Source of the DNA: Octopus sinensis
Taxonomy: Eukaryota
Assembly (NCBI RefSeq): GCF_006345805.1
Contig: NC_043001.1
Location: 125,922,001 to 125,986,000, forward strand
Reading direction: 5' to 3'
Length of the DNA: 64,000 nucleotides
In this document: positions 36,371 to 50,150 of the stretch, piece after piece
Layout of the letters: every line of letters begins with the position of its first letter
How positions within the stretch are numbered: position 1 is the stretch's first letter
Notes under the pieces: generated by a model
Database searches by the model: none
What the model was told of the DNA's origin: nothing
Seen by the model: the letters and a program-made list of their open reading frames with translations, nothing else
Translations under genes and position numbers: made by a program

Positions 36371-37824
36371 CATATAAATATATGCAGTATAGAATTTCCA
36401 AACACTAGTGACAATACTCAAAACATGTAGCAAAGTTGACATTGTCAACTCAGAAGCATTTACAATCATTACTTTATATTTAATGAGTGTTTATCAAGAA
36501 ATTTATTTACTCATACATTCTCTTAATACACTTGCTCGTGTGTGTGTGTGTGTATTATAGATAAGTTGATAATACAATGCTTTAAAACTTTAGGGTTCTA
36601 ATGACTAGAAGCACACACTAAAAACAAAACATAAAGGGATTACTGTTCAAATTTTTTAATCTCACACAACTAAGTAGCACTTGGGTGTAAAGTTGCACAA
36701 GGATCTTTATAATCACTTACACAAATATTTTGTGTACAGACATAAAGAAAAGAGTAGATACATATGTCCATATATATATATATATGAACAATAACCTCAA
36801 AGTATAGTTTCCAAAACTTAAGACTTGACTTGAAGATAAACAGTGTTTAAAACTCCATCTTCTCAGTCTCATTCCATTATAGGGAACAGCAAATCTTTGT
36901 TTCACAAAAAGATTTCATTTCAACAACTCATTCTTAATTCATGCAAACAGAGCGTCATAAACACTTAAGATAATATGGCTTTCAATGTGGCTGGGTCAGA
37001 GGTTAACTAAAAAGAATCTCAAAGAAAAAAAAAAACGCTAAAATAGCATATGAAATGGTACACACGATTTTATTGTATGGATGTGGGTTTTAAACCACTA
37101 AGGAGCTCAAATGTTATTTTGTCGTGTATCTAAGGGAAGATGGGTTTTGCCAGGTTGACAATTTTCAGAAGCTTACATAGTATTTCTCAATTATTGTAGC
37201 TGCTAAATAAATATGTACAAGCTAAATGAAGGCAAGCCCTAACAAGGAAAAAGGAAAGGCAAAATATGGTGGGATATAAATTTCTATTTTCTGCACTCAT
37301 ACATCCCATTCATTCTCTATTTGAGGTTTACTGTAAAGCAGTATCTCTCTCTCTCTCTCGACTGTTTTGTAGATGCATCTAGTCTACAGTATGATCACTC
37401 CACTCCCTATCAAATCAAGTAGAATCAGCTGCCATTGAACCAATTTCCATAACCTGCCAGTCTACTGCAAGCTTGCCACTCCACCAAGTATTCATACTCC
37501 AAATGAATCCACCAGTCCCCAAAGATCTCCCAACTCTGATAGTCACTCTGTGACCTTCAAAAGTATCTGAGAAATACTGGCTCTTCATCTGCAAGAAACA
37601 AATCTACAATCTACTTTAAGCCCTCTCCCTCCACTCTGAGCAAATTACAGCAAGCATCCCGCAAAGGATTCTTAAACAAGATGAGCAGTAACTCCAAGTA
37701 AAATCCGTACGAAAATATGTGGATTCCGCAACCTACAAAGAAAACAACTGGTCTAGGATAGCAGCAATTGCTGACAGTATAGTGGGGGGACTTTCAGTAC
37801 AAGAGCTGTAGGGTCACAAACATG

Positions 37825-38675
37825 ATTAAGAATGAGGACAAAGAAAACAGCAAAGACTCTCAAGGATAGTCATTGAGATGCTGAAAATATCCATCAAAAT
37901 AGATGTAGAATACAGGGAAATGTAATACCCAATGATTGGCGAAATGGTACCATCATCAATGCCAGTGCCACCCCGACTGGCCTCGTGCCGGTGACACGTA
38001 AAAAGCACCATCCGTTCATGGCCGTTGCCAGCCTCGCCTGGCCCCCATGCCGGTGGCACGTAAAATGCACCATCCGATCGTGGCCGTTTGCCAGACTCGT
38101 CTGGCACCTGTGCCAGTGGCACGTAAAAAGCACCCACTACACTCACGGAGTGGTTGGCGTTAGGAAGGGCATCCAGCCGTAGAAACATTGCCAGATCAGA
38201 CTGGGCCTGGTGCAGCCTTCTGGCTTCCCAGACCCCAGTTGAACCGTCCAACCCATGCTAGCATGGAAAGCGGACGCTAAACGATGATGATGATGATGAT
38301 GATGATCAACTGCTACAAGGTCAGAGGGGATGCACTAAAAAGAAGCAACTACAGACACATCAAATCGCCAGGCAAAGCTATGAAAGTAACGGGAAAAGTT
38401 TTAACATAACTGACAAGCAAGGTAATTAGCTGAGATACAGTGTGAAGTTTCTGCCAGAGCAGGATATCGCTGATATCCTCTTCCTAGTGAGACAATTACA
38501 GAAATTTTTAGCTAAGAGTAGCTACTTATACCTTCATTCATTGATCTAGAAAAAAGCCTTTGACAGGGCATTGCACACTGTAGTTTGCTGGTTACTAAGA
38601 AAACTAAGTGTAGGGGAATGGCTTATGAAAACCAGGAAAGCTAGGTACAAAGTTGCTATGAGCAAGATGGGAGTT
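37825..38675 (+). mobile_element. Degenerate RTE reverse-transcriptase fragment interrupted by a D tail (37950-38306)
   Basis: IEMLKIS...VIPNDWRNGTII|NCYKVRGDALKRSNYR...MKV; later segments align across frameshifts to LVRQLQ...DLEKAFDR...LRKLSVGEWL. Confidence 0.8.
37950..38306 (+). mobile_element. Family D inserted in the RTE RT fragment
   Basis: Three array cores and a (GAT)n tail; short ATCAA duplication at the junctions. Confidence 0.85.
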
Positions 38676-38689
38676 CCGGTGTTTTTCTT

Positions 38690-39621
38690 TTATCTTTTAC
38701 TTGCTTCAGTCATTAGACTGTGGCCATGTTGGGACATTGCCTTGAAGAAATTTTAGTTGAATGAATTGACTTCACTAGTTCTTTTTTTTTTTAAGCCTGG
38801 TACTTATTCTATTGATCTCTTTTGCCAAACTGCTAAGTTATGGGGATGTAAACACAACATCAGTTGTCAAGCAGTGAGGGGAGACATCCTCAGACACACA
38901 CACAATGGGCTTCTTTCAGTTTCTGTCTTCTAAATCTTCTCATAAGGCTTTGGTCATCCCAAGGCTACAGTTGAAGACACTTGCCCAAGGTGCTACACAA
39001 TGGGACTGAACCCAGAACCATGTGGTTGGGAAGGAAATCTCTGACCATACCATCATGACTGTGCCTGCTCACTTCTTCTTCCCAAACTACTGACAATAGG
39101 AAGGAACAGTCAAGAAACCATACTAAATTCATAAAAAAAAAGTCTTCAGGACCTAATTTCAATCTGAGACTAAGTACAATGTGATGAGCCTGTTCTTTCA
39201 TTTTTACATTTCTTTCTTTCTTTTCTTTCTTTTACTTGTTTCAGTCATTTGACTGCGGCCATGCTGGATCACCGTCTTTAATCAAGCAACTCGACCCTGG
39301 GACTTATTCTTTTGTAAGCCCAGTACTTATTCTATCGGTCTCTTTTGCCGAACCACTAAGTAACGGGGACATAAACACACCAGCATCGGTTGTCAAGCAA
39401 TGCTAGGCGGACAAACACAGACACACAAACACACACACGCATATATATACATATATACGATGGGCTTCTTTAAGTTTCCGTCTACTAAATCCACTCATAA
39501 GGCTTTGGTCGGCCCGAGGCTATAGCAGAAGACACTTGCCCAAGATGCCACGCAGTGGGACTGAACCCGGAACCATGTGGTTGGTAAACAAGCTACTTAC
39601 CACACAGCCACTCCTGCGCCT
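38690..39621 (-). mobile_element. Two SINE A copies (old 38690-39065; young 39226-39621)
   Basis: Diagnostic modules occur twice. Confidence 0.8.
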
Positions 39622-40244
39622 TAATTATTTATTTATAACTTATACTATGCTCAAACTCTAATAAATAAATGACATGGCAACGAAACAGCAAGCTGGAATT
39701 AAGTGTAAAATATACAAAATACCCTGTTGGTGTCTGCACCTTTTAGGCTAAAACATCCAGACAAATACAAGCCAATCTCAATTCTGTGTTCTTCCATCAA
39801 AGCACCACTCAATTCAGTGAAGGAACTTCTATTCAGTCAACTAGCCTGCTAGAAATAACAGCTAAACTTCCCTCAAATCATGACCTAATGTCTGAAAAAT
39901 GTAACATCACATGGGACAATACTTTCAAAGTTATACAGACAGACAGGATGGTCATGGATTAAAACGATCCCTCAATTATAACTTAGCTCAAACGGAGCAG
40001 AACAAAGATTCAACAACATTAACCACCATGCCCCACCACATGCCAATGGTAAGTGGCATCACCATTATCCAATGAAGTAAGGGTCATTGTTGAAGAAGAG
40101 ACTCAGGTGTATATGTAATATCTTTTGTTTCAGTCCAATTACTGACTGACCTGGTTTGCTACGTAGTATCAAGATCAAAATCCTATTGTGTGCATAAAAG
40201 ATCAACACAGATTATCCAACACCCACCCCACCCCACCCACGCAG

Positions 40245-40288
<44 letters not shown>

Positions 40289-41431
40289 ACACACACACAC
40301 ACACAGAGCCAACCCAAGAAAATCTGAGCATTTTATTAGCTTGCATGACTAAATTACTAAGAATCTTTAAGATGCTGAAATAATTTTAGATTCTAGCCAT
40401 GTAATGCTTAGCTAAGTTTTAAGCCAACGTCAGTGCAGAGCTAAAGTTTGTTTCTATATATCTTCTACAAACTGAAATATCAGTACACCAACTGAAACTG
40501 TGGCTGTAAAAGAAGTTAAGCATATTACAATCAGTTGATTCACTATGCATATTCAATCCAACTAAATGTATGTGCACAAAAAATATGTACGATTTTTCCC
40601 CCCCATAAACAAAAAAAAAACAAAAAAAAGTAATAAATACATAAAAATGCATGCAACAAATTAACTCCAAGTAAAATTGAAAACATACAGATATTATTTT
40701 TTTTCTACGTTCCATAGCTGCTAAAAAGGCATAAAAAATACTGCATCAACATTTTCTTTTTTCGTTTTCTAATACATCCACATGGATTGTATGAAAAAAA
40801 AATTACTGTTTCAAAGGTATCATAGAGCCTACAAACCAAATACACATTCCATAAAATATAAATATATATATATGTATGTATGCATAACATACATAAACAT
40901 TTTTTTTTTTTTTGAAGAGTTTAATTTCCTTTGTGATCTGATTGCATGGTGTGCGTGCGCATGCGCACACATGCACATATACATTCATCTTTGATGGTAC
41001 ATTAGTAGAATAACTACACATTCAGCCTACAAGAACATAATACAATGTCTGCAGTCTGTAGAAAATGGTTGTAATTTCCTGTAATCCATTGTAAATGCAA
41101 TGTCGACACGATATTAAGACAAGCAGTTGAGTGATCGGTGGGTTACATCCTGTCATTTCAACCATGTTGTGTCCATAGTTAAAAGGTGAATTCACTAAGC
41201 TCTAAACAGAAACCACAGCGTGGCCTTGTTTGCTACTTCAGAGCAGCAACAAAGCAGCGCAATAAAATTAAACAAGCATTTCCTTGGCTTACAGTGTTGA
41301 CATGAAGTTTTCTGTAACCCTCTAATTCTAGCAGAGACTGACTGCAGGGTTTCAGTTGATTTTTAATATTATGATCAAGATTTTGGAGAGAGTTTAATGA
41401 ATTATCACATAATATAATGGTGTGTGTGTGT

Positions 41432-41470
<39 letters not shown>

Positions 41471-41489
41471 CATCATCATCAACAACAAC

Positions 41490-42255
41490 AACAACAACAA
41501 TAAACAGCCATTTTCCATGGTAGCATGGGTTGGAAGGCTTGACTGAAGTTGGCAAGCTGCAGGGCTGCACCAGGCTCCAGTCATCTGTTTTGGCATTGTT
41601 TCTACATCTTGATGCCCTTCCTAACTTCAACAACTTTCTAAAGTATACTGGGTGCATCTTACATGGCACCAGCACTGGTCCTTGCTCATGTGACACCGAC
41701 ACCGGCATAGGTGGACTTTTTACATGACATTGGCATGGGTGCTTTTTAACATGCTGCTGGTACTGTTGTCAAGTGATGGTAGAGTACAAACACACTCATA
41801 TATATATATATCATCATCATCATTTAGCGTCCGCTTTCCATGCTAGCATGGGTTGGACGGTTCAACTGGGGTCTGGGAAGCCAGAAGGCTGCACCAGGCC
41901 CAGTCTGATCTGGCAATGTTTCTATGGCTGGATGCCCTTCCTAACGCCAACCACTCCGTGAGTGTAGTGGGTGCTTTTTATGTGCCACCGGCACAGGTGC
42001 CAGACGGGACTGGCAAACGGCCACAGTCAGATGGTGCTTTTTACGTGCCACCGGCACGGGGGCCAGGCGAGGCTGCCAATGGCCACGATCGGATGGTGCT
42101 TTTTACGTGCCACCGGTATGGAGGCCAGTCGGGGCGGTGCTGGCAACGGCCACGGTCGGATGGTGCTTTTTACATGTCACTGGTATGGAGGCCAGTCGGG
42201 GCGGCGCTGGCAACGGCCACGGTTGGATGGTGCTTTTTACGTGCCACCGGCATGG
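41490..42255 (-). mobile_element. Two adjacent family D copies (old 41490-41760; young 41810-42255 with a tandem array)
   Basis: Diagnostic motifs occur twice; the younger copy has about five array cores. Confidence 0.8.
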
Positions 42256-44149
42256 GTTCTTTTAGTTTCCATCTATCAAATCCACTCACAAGAATTTGGT
42301 CAGTTGAGGCTACAAGGATATATAGTACAAGACACTTGCCAAAAGTACCAAGCACTGGAATTGAACCCAGAACCATGTGATAGCATATGTGAGGAGACAA
42401 AATTACAATCACAAACAAAAGACTGATTGCAAATGTATAAGTGTTGGGGAAGGACTGAAACCTAAAACAGTCATTTCTGATTAGTTATTCTTGATGTTTT
42501 TGTTGTTGCCATTATTGTTGTAGATACTGAAATAGATGTGATGTTGTTCTAAGTCATTACTGGGCTACATTTCAATTTTTCGTATATTTAATCATTTCTT
42601 ATATCTTCATCAGATAACTTGTCATACCTCCAAAAATGAAAAATTAATATCATTATTCAGTAGGAGGAGTCTCACTGGGTTTTCTAGTGGACTAATAACA
42701 GATGGTAGTAATGAAGGGGAAGGCTGCCTTTCAGGAGAAACATTCAGTACTTAACTGGTTGATTTGATAGGAATCGGTTAGTGGAGCAGGTTGAGGTTAC
42801 ATCTAATGAAGAACAAATGAAAATGGGAAGATATCATATAGATATTAACTGCTTCAAACCAACTCAAATTGATTAAATTACACTACTTAACACTGATATC
42901 ATTTCAGAGGTTAATGGTTTACATGTTAATAAGGTTAATCATAAACAAGCACACATGCATATATATATTTATATTTATTTATTGTGTGTGTGTAAATACA
43001 TATACGCACACAAATATTTGCAATGGCTATGCAGCTCAAACCAGTGTGAAGAATTAACGGTAAATTGATAATGATGGAGAGGAAGAAATGTCAATGGTAG
43101 TTGAGATGATTGTGGTAAATTCTGGGCATATATATGTTATATGCATGCAAAGATTTTGTTAATGTGTGCGGTGGTGGTGGGGGAGATGGTGTGGTGGTGG
43201 GGAGGAGGTGGTGTGGTGGTGGAGGGGGAGATGGTATGGTGGTGGTGTGTGTGTGTGTTTGAGTGTGCTTAGTTAATTAGTCACCACTGGTGGAATTTGA
43301 GACCAGGTCTAAGATGGAGGATTTTATGTTGACCTCAATGCAGGATATAAAAATGTTACCATATTTTATTGTTTTATAGTCATTTAAATCTCCTCCATCT
43401 CTCTCCCTAAGAGTCTATGAGGGTATGTGAGATTTGTAAAGACAATGGAATTTTGAAGTAATCACAACCAACTACTTTTCCACGGGGCACCTTCAGATTT
43501 TTCCCCCATTACAAATTAATACAATACCTACTACTGTTACTTCAGGTTAGTAGACACACCAACCCAAAATCCAGCCTGCTAGAACTAGCAACAAAATCTC
43601 CAGTTTCGTAAAATATCACAAAAAGGATACAATGGACAAAGCAAATCTGAAAACACAGTCCAAAAATAAAATAGGGTGTCATGGATGAAGTACCTTTGAT
43701 CACAAGTCTGTTCAATCAGAGCTGTACAGCAATTAAATGATAACTCAAATCAAATCCTCTCTACAACATTTTACTATTGATTTCTCTTAACAAAACCAGT
43801 TATGAGAAAGTGGGAACATATTTCTTCACCTCAGCATTTTTGCAGGGTGATACTCTGAAGAGAGAAGTATTCCTGAAGCTACTTTCAGGTGTATGACCAA
43901 AATCACAAGTGTGAAAGCTGGAGAATTTAATTGACTCCAGTACTTGGCTATAACTTAAGTTTAGAAAGTTTGGAAGAATGAATGTAAAGTTAATTTTGAT
44001 GTGATTTGAGCTAAGAATGTGAAATAGACACAACTACTGCAAGTCACTTCACCCACCATTTTACCAATTTTGACAACACAAAGCCCTTTCACTGATAGGA
44101 TAATAGAGTTTTCTACAATATCCTTTCAATATTTAGAACCATCTAGGAC

Positions 44150-44336
44150 GGTGAGCTGGTGGAATCATTGGCACACCAGGCAAAATGCTTAGCAGTATTT
44201 CGTCTGCCATTATGTTCTGAGTTCAAATTCCGCTGAAGTCAATAAATTAAGTACCAGTTGCAAACTGGGGTCGATCTAATCAACTGGCCCCCCTCCCCAA
44301 AAATTTCGGACCTTGTGCCTAGAGTGGAAAAGAATA
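44150..44336 (+). mobile_element. SINE B (tail variant 2, internal deletion)
   Basis: ggtgagctggtggaatc...ccccctccccaaaaatttcggaccttgtgcctagag. Confidence 0.75.
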
Positions 44337-44369
44337 TTTAGAACCATCTATCAACTTTCATGTTCATCA

Positions 44370-44830
44370 ATAATCAACAACATTTAACATCCGTTTTCTA
44401 TGCTGGTATGGGCTAGACAGCTTGACAAGAACTGACAGGGCCAAGGGTTGCACCAGGTTCAAAGTTTGTTTTGGTTTGGTTTCAGCAGCTGGATGCCCTT
44501 CCTGATGCCAACCACTTTACAGAGTGTACTGAGTGCTTTCTATATGGCACCATCACCCACACCAATGCTTTTTATATGGCACCTTGGTTTTAGGATACCA
44601 ATTCTCTTGTGGTGGGTAGTTCTTCTAGAGTACAGCAATGTACCACATATTGGTCCTCTGTCATCTTTGTAAAGATTGGGGTTTTGAGATCAGCCTTCAA
44701 TACTTCACCCCATGTCTCCTTGAGCCTTGCCCCATATCTTATGGTTAACTTAGTCAGCTATTACGTTACTCTACAAATTTCAGACAGGTGTGCCTTTTTA
44801 TGAAGTTGTTGAGTAGCTCAGTTCCTACAT
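44370..44830 (-). mobile_element. RTE C-terminus continuing into a D-type 3' UTR
   Basis: Minus strand ETWGEVLKADLK...MTEDQ, then gtgccatataaaaagca...gtggttggcatcaggaagggcatccagc and a gatgttaaa tail. Confidence 0.7.
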
Positions 44831-45725
44831 GAACCCTATTTGAGCTCACCGGTAGCATGGAGATAGGAAAACATTTATTTGGAGTTCATACATAATAAGT
44901 CCAGCAAACCATATACACCAACATTTCTTGCAAACAAGATTTGGAATTAGAAACAGCATCTGGCAACACAAAACTCATTCAAAGTGTCTTTTCTAACCCA
45001 CACCAGTATTGAAAAAGTGGACACAAAAATAATATCGGAGAAATGTGAATCAGTTTTGTAACAGTTTCAAACAAACCAATGTTTTTTTTAATTGTAAACA
45101 TAAACATGACAAACACATACATGTACATATATTCAGTTGTTCATATTGTAAGATTATATAAAGCTAGTTTCCTTAATTTTGTTCAAGTGTTAATTTCTTT
45201 GGACAGTAAAAGCATTAGCATCAATTCAAATATTAATTCAATTACTATACATTTTGAACTGCTTTAATAAAAGCCACACACACACACACACACACACATA
45301 GATTGTATAACATCTTAATAAAAACTATTTTTAATAAAATGTGACGAAATAACCTTTATCCGTTAACCTATTTTCCATATTTTGAGCATTTGTTGTAATT
45401 CAATTAATTGTTGATTTGAGTAACTTTTAGATCAATCAGTTGGCACCAGACATGTTAAGTTATACCCCAGACAATAGATTAAAGTAAAAAAACTTAGTTA
45501 TTTCACAAAATCCCTTCAAATTCTTTATTATTTTCAAAGTTAATTAAAACATAGGCAGTGTATTTCATTAGAGACACGGTCACAAAAGGGTTAAGATCAA
45601 AACAGTAATAATCAATTACAACTGTATTGAATCAATATGCATCTTCAAAGACACAACTTTAAACACTATTGACAATGGAGCCTTAGCATGGCCTGCTAGA
45701 AATAACAGCCAAATCTCCCTCAACT

Positions 45726-45940
45726 CTTTAGCACTTAAACCGGCCATATCCAGCCAAAATAATCTAATGTTTTAGCTTCAAACTGGCCAGTTCTGGCCTC
45801 CTACATTTATCCTATAATATTATTCTAAAAAAATAAACAATCACGTCACTGAAATCTCAAAGCTACAAAGTAATGCATGACTAAATTTTATCAATGTGAA
45901 TAAATAAGCATTTTGACAGAGCAAGCTGAATGCTAAAGGG
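45726..45940 (+). mobile_element. piggyBac-type MITE (family F)
   Basis: tcaa|ctctttagcacttaaaccggccat ... gaatgctaaaggg|TTAA, inserted in the TTAA of a family E unit. Confidence 0.75.
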
Positions 45941-46061
45941 TTAAATCACACTTTACATCTTAAAGAAGGAAAAAAACAGGTAGAATACATCGGATAATGT
46001 GGACCTAGATACCCTTAGAAAGCCAAGATGATCAAAGTATTTGGTGATTTGTAAATACTCT

Positions 46062-46468
46062 TGTACTCTTTACTCTTTTACTTGTTTCAGTCATTTGACT
46101 GCGGCCATGCTGGAGCACCACCTTTAGTCGAGCAAATTGACCACGGGACTTATTCTTTGTAAGCCCAGTACTTATTCTATCAGTCTCTTTTGCCAAACCG
46201 TTAAGTGACAGGGACGTAAACACATCAGCATCGGTTGTCAAGCAATGCGAGAGGGACAAACACAGACACACAAACATATACACACACATACATATATATA
46301 TACATATATACGACAGGCTTCTTTCAGTTTCCGTCTACCAAATCCACTCACAAGGCTTTGGTCGGCCCAAGGCTATAGCAGAAGACACTTGCCCAAGATG
46401 CCACACAGTGGGACTGAACCCACAACCATGTGGTTGGTTAGCAAGCTACTTACCACACAGCCACTCCT
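46062..46468 (-). mobile_element. SINE A
   Basis: Full-length reverse complement. Confidence 0.88.
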
Positions 46469-46573
46469 AATACCGCAAGTTTTAATATGTTGCATGGCCT
46501 GCTAGAAATAACAGCCAAATCTCCTTTAAATCACACTCTACATCTTAAAAAGAACACATAAGATAAACTAGTC

Positions 46574-46863
46574 CAGACGTTCCCAAACTTTTTTGGGCTA
46601 CCACCCACTTGGTACCTGGGCCACATTCATAATGCCCCTACACCGACTTATCACCACAAACTTAAACCACTTTCTGCATCAAATTCAAAACAACAGTATT
46701 TCACAAATAAAACTTAACCTAGTTAACCTATTTATTTTGTTGTTACATCCATTGTCCGTCCCCTTTTGGCCAGCCCGTTATTGTCCCCACTTTCCTTCGG
46801 TGCCCCCAGTGGATCTTCCCACTGCCCCCAGAAGGACAGTACCACCCAGTTTGGGAACCACTG
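46574..46863. mobile_element. hAT (Charlie/MER5-like) MITE
   Basis: TIRs cagacgttcccaaact / agtttgggaaccactg. Decayed 8-bp flanks aactagtc / atctggtt. Confidence 0.7.
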
Positions 46864-47180
46864 ATCTGGTTCTTGGTATCCTTTGCAAGCCAGGACGGTC
46901 GAAGTATTTGGTGACTTATAAATGCTGTAAATTTCAATATGTTGCATGGCCAGCTAGAAATAACAGCCAAATCTGCTTTAAATTACTCTCTACATCAGAG
47001 GGTATCAAACATATGGCCTGCAAGATGACTTTGAAAGGTGTAAAAATTTTATATTTACTTACTTATTATTTTGAATATTGATTGCTTGAGTATGACTGAT
47101 GATAGTGTCAATTAATTCAATTTCTAATAGAAAAACTCCCTAAATTTATTAAAAAATTTGTTTAAATATTGTATTCGAAT

Positions 47181-47595
47181 GCAGGAGTGGCTGTGTGGTA
47201 AGTAGCTTGCTAACCAACCACATGGTTCCGGGTTCAGTCCCACTGCGTGGCATCTAGGGCAAGTGTCTTCTGCTATAGCCCCGGGCCGACCAATGCCTTG
47301 TGAGTGGATTTGGTAGACGGAAACTGAAAGAAGCCTGTCGTATATATGTATATGTATGTATGTATGTGTATGTGTTTGTGTGTCTGTGTTTGTACCCCTA
47401 GCATTGCTTGACAACCGATGCTGGTGTGTTTACGTCCCCGTCACTTAGCGGTTCGGCAAAAGAGACCGATAGAATAAGTACTGGGCTTACAAAGAATAAG
47501 TTCCGGGGTCGATTTGCTCGACTAAAGGCGGTGCTCCAGCATGGCCACAGTCAAATGACTGAAACATGTAAAAGAGTAAAAGAGAGTAAAAAGAG
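47181..47595 (+). mobile_element. SINE A inside the 5' region of the hAT fossil
   Basis: Full-length. Confidence 0.88.
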
Positions 47596-47686
47596 AATAA
47601 ATATATTTTTCTGAAATTAATTCAATGACTAACAACAAGTTTTCTTTTTAAGGTCAACATTTCACTCTTGTTTTACCTTACCCAAG

Positions 47687-49730
47687 ATGTCTTTGTCAAA
47701 AGGGAGAAAAGTGGATACAGAGTGTAGATTATTTCAGGAAAAGTGGTCCTTTTCCTGTTTATTCATGGAGATGAATGGGAAATCCGTGTGCTTGGTGTGC
47801 TCGCAGCAGGTTTCAGTGCTCAAAGAATATAACATTTGGTGCCATTATGAGACTCATCATGCCAACAAATACAATAATTTGCAAAGACAAATGAGAAGAG
47901 ACAAGGTAGATGGGAATGGAATGGAAGCACTCCGTCGGTTACAACGACAAGGGTTCTGGTTGATCGTGAAATTAACGTGTAAGTGGCTGAGCACTCCACA
48001 GACATGTGTACCCTTAACGTAGTTCTTGGGGATATTCAGCGTGACACAGAGAGTGACAAGGCCAGCCCTTTGAAATACAGGTACAACAGAAACAGGAAGT
48101 AAGAGAAAGTTGTGGTGAAAGAGTACAGCAGGGATCACCACCATCCCTGCCAGAGCCTCGTGGAGCTTTAGGTGTTTTCGCTCAATAAACACTCACAACG
48201 CCCGGTCTGGGAATCAAAACCGCGATCCTACGACCGCGAATCCGCTGCCCTAACCACTGGGCCATTGCGCCTCCACACAAGGTAGATAAATTGTTAGTGG
48301 ATCTGCAGAAATAACAGTTTGCTTTAACCTGAAGCTGAGATATCAGTCAGGCAATAGTAAAAGCTAGCTACCTTGCTGCTAGAGAAATAACATTAGCATC
48401 AAAGCAATACTGTGAAAACATGCATACTGAAGACTGCAGAAATTGTATGCCCTGAGAAGCAGCAGACTTTTGCCAACATTAGCCTGATAAGAAACACTGT
48501 AGCAGATAGGATTTCAGATCTTTCTGCAGATTTGGACAGGCAACTGAAGCACAAAATCAAACCATTTATTCTATTTCCGGTTACAAATGATGAGAGCATG
48601 GACATTACGAATGTTGTGCAACTGGCCATATTCATTTGAGGTGTAGATGAGACTTTGACTGTCACCGAGGAGTTCCTGGAGTTGGTTCCTATGATGGACA
48701 CCACAGCAGCAAATGACATGTTTATCACTCTCATTGGAGCACTAGACCAGGTCAGAGTGGTCTGGGCCCGTGCTGTCAGCATGACTAAGATGGCATTCCA
48801 TCAATGATTGGGAAAAAAGCATATGTTGTGACATAGTTCAGAGAGAAAGTACAGACTACAAATGAAGGGCATGATTTTTGGATATTTTACAGCATTTTGC
48901 ACCAGGAGGCATTGTGCTGCAAGTTGTTCAAAATGGATCACATCATGGAAGTGGTTGTCCGAACTGTTAATTTCATCTGAACTAAAGGTCTGAATCACTG
49001 TCAGTTTGACAATCTTCTCAGTGATATAGGCATTACCTATGGCTTGCCATATCACACTGAAGTAAGGTGGTTAAGCCAAGGTGTCCTATTGAAGCATTTT
49101 CATTTAATCTACAAGAGGAAATTGAATAGTTTATGGAGAAAAAGAGCAAACTCATGTTAGAATTTCAATTACCAGAATGGCTGCAAGATTTAGCATTTAT
49201 CATGGATATTACAGAGCACTTTGAATAATCTGAACAAAATGCTGCAAGGCCTAAAAAAGTTGTCACACAGTATTTTGAAAGCATACGCGCATTCAAATTG
49301 AAGCTAACTTTGTGGGAGACACAACTGTCAGGTGGTGACCCTGCTCATTTTCCTTGTCGAAAAGATGTGGTTGTGACTGCAGATAATGTTAACATGAATC
49401 GGTACAAAGACAATATCATGGGATTGCTATGAGAGTTTGAACAAGTTTCAGATTTTGATGAACTTGAGACAGATTTCAGTTTTTTGCTTGCCATTTACAG
49501 TCAACACTTCTGATCTACCTGTCAACATCTAACTTCAAATGATTGACTTGCAGTGTGATTCAGATTTGACGAACAAATCTACCTTGGTGGGCTTGGACAC
49601 ATTTTATCAGTATCTCTTGCCAAAGTACCCCAAACTGACTGGCCCAAAGTTTTGTGCATGTTCAGCACTGCCTACCTTTATGAACAAGTTTTCTCTGTAA
49701 TGAGCATCAAAAAACAAAACTGCGCTCACT
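47687..49730 (+). pseudogene. hAT transposase remnant with stops and frameshifts
   Basis: MSLSKGRKVDTECRLFQEKW...VCLVC...KEYNIWCHYETHH (BED-like zinc finger), DESMDIT...QLAIFI, T-DGIPSMIGKK, ILHQEALC, YHTEVRWLS, EQVFS. Removing SINE 47912-48276 rejoins RDKVDKLL. Confidence 0.9.
47912..48276 (-). mobile_element. SINE family C with an 11-bp TSD, inside the hAT transposase
   Basis: TSD ACAAGGTAGAT (47901-11, 48277-87); (TTCCA)n tail. Confidence 0.9.
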
Positions 49731-49836
49731 AAAACAAAGGAAAAATTTTGAAATTGCTACTTATAGGCTTTTATGCCATGATTTTACTGATCCAGCCCGC
49801 TTGAGATCAAATTGGGTCGACACCCCTACTCTACAT

Positions 49837-50150
49837 CATGGTCATTTAACATCTGTTTTCTATGCTGGCATGAGTTGGACAATGTGACCAGAGCAGGCAA
49901 GCTGGGACACTGCACCAAACTCCAGTCTGATTTAGCATGTTTTATATGACTAGATGCCCTTCCTAATGCCAACCACTTTATAGAGGGTGTTCGTTGCTTT
50001 TGCATGGCACCACATGGGCATTGTACATGGCACCAAACAGGTGCTTTTACATGGCACTGCACAGGCACTTTTACGTGGGTGGGTGCTTTTGCATGGAACC
50101 GCACAGGTGCTGTTACGTGAAGCCGAACAGGCACTTTTACATGGCACCGC
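49837..50150 (-). mobile_element. Family D, diverged, with a shortened array
   Basis: catttaacatctgttttctatgctggcatg...gatgcccttcctaatgccaaccac; repeated cttttacatggcac. Confidence 0.75.

Larger units (their letters stand above)
46996..49828 (+). mobile_element. Full-length fossil hAT transposon (SPIN/Charlie, GTF2IRD2-like transposase) with two SINE insertions
   Basis: Perfect 8-bp TSD CTCTACAT (46988-46995 and 49829-49836). Imperfect TIRs cagagggtatcaaac / gtcgacaccccta. Transposase remnant inside. Confidence 0.88.

Noticed and set aside
37555-37780. EILALHLQETNL, resembling an APE endonuclease LQET motif
   Set aside because: A single short motif amid several stops, with no other APE motifs recognisable.
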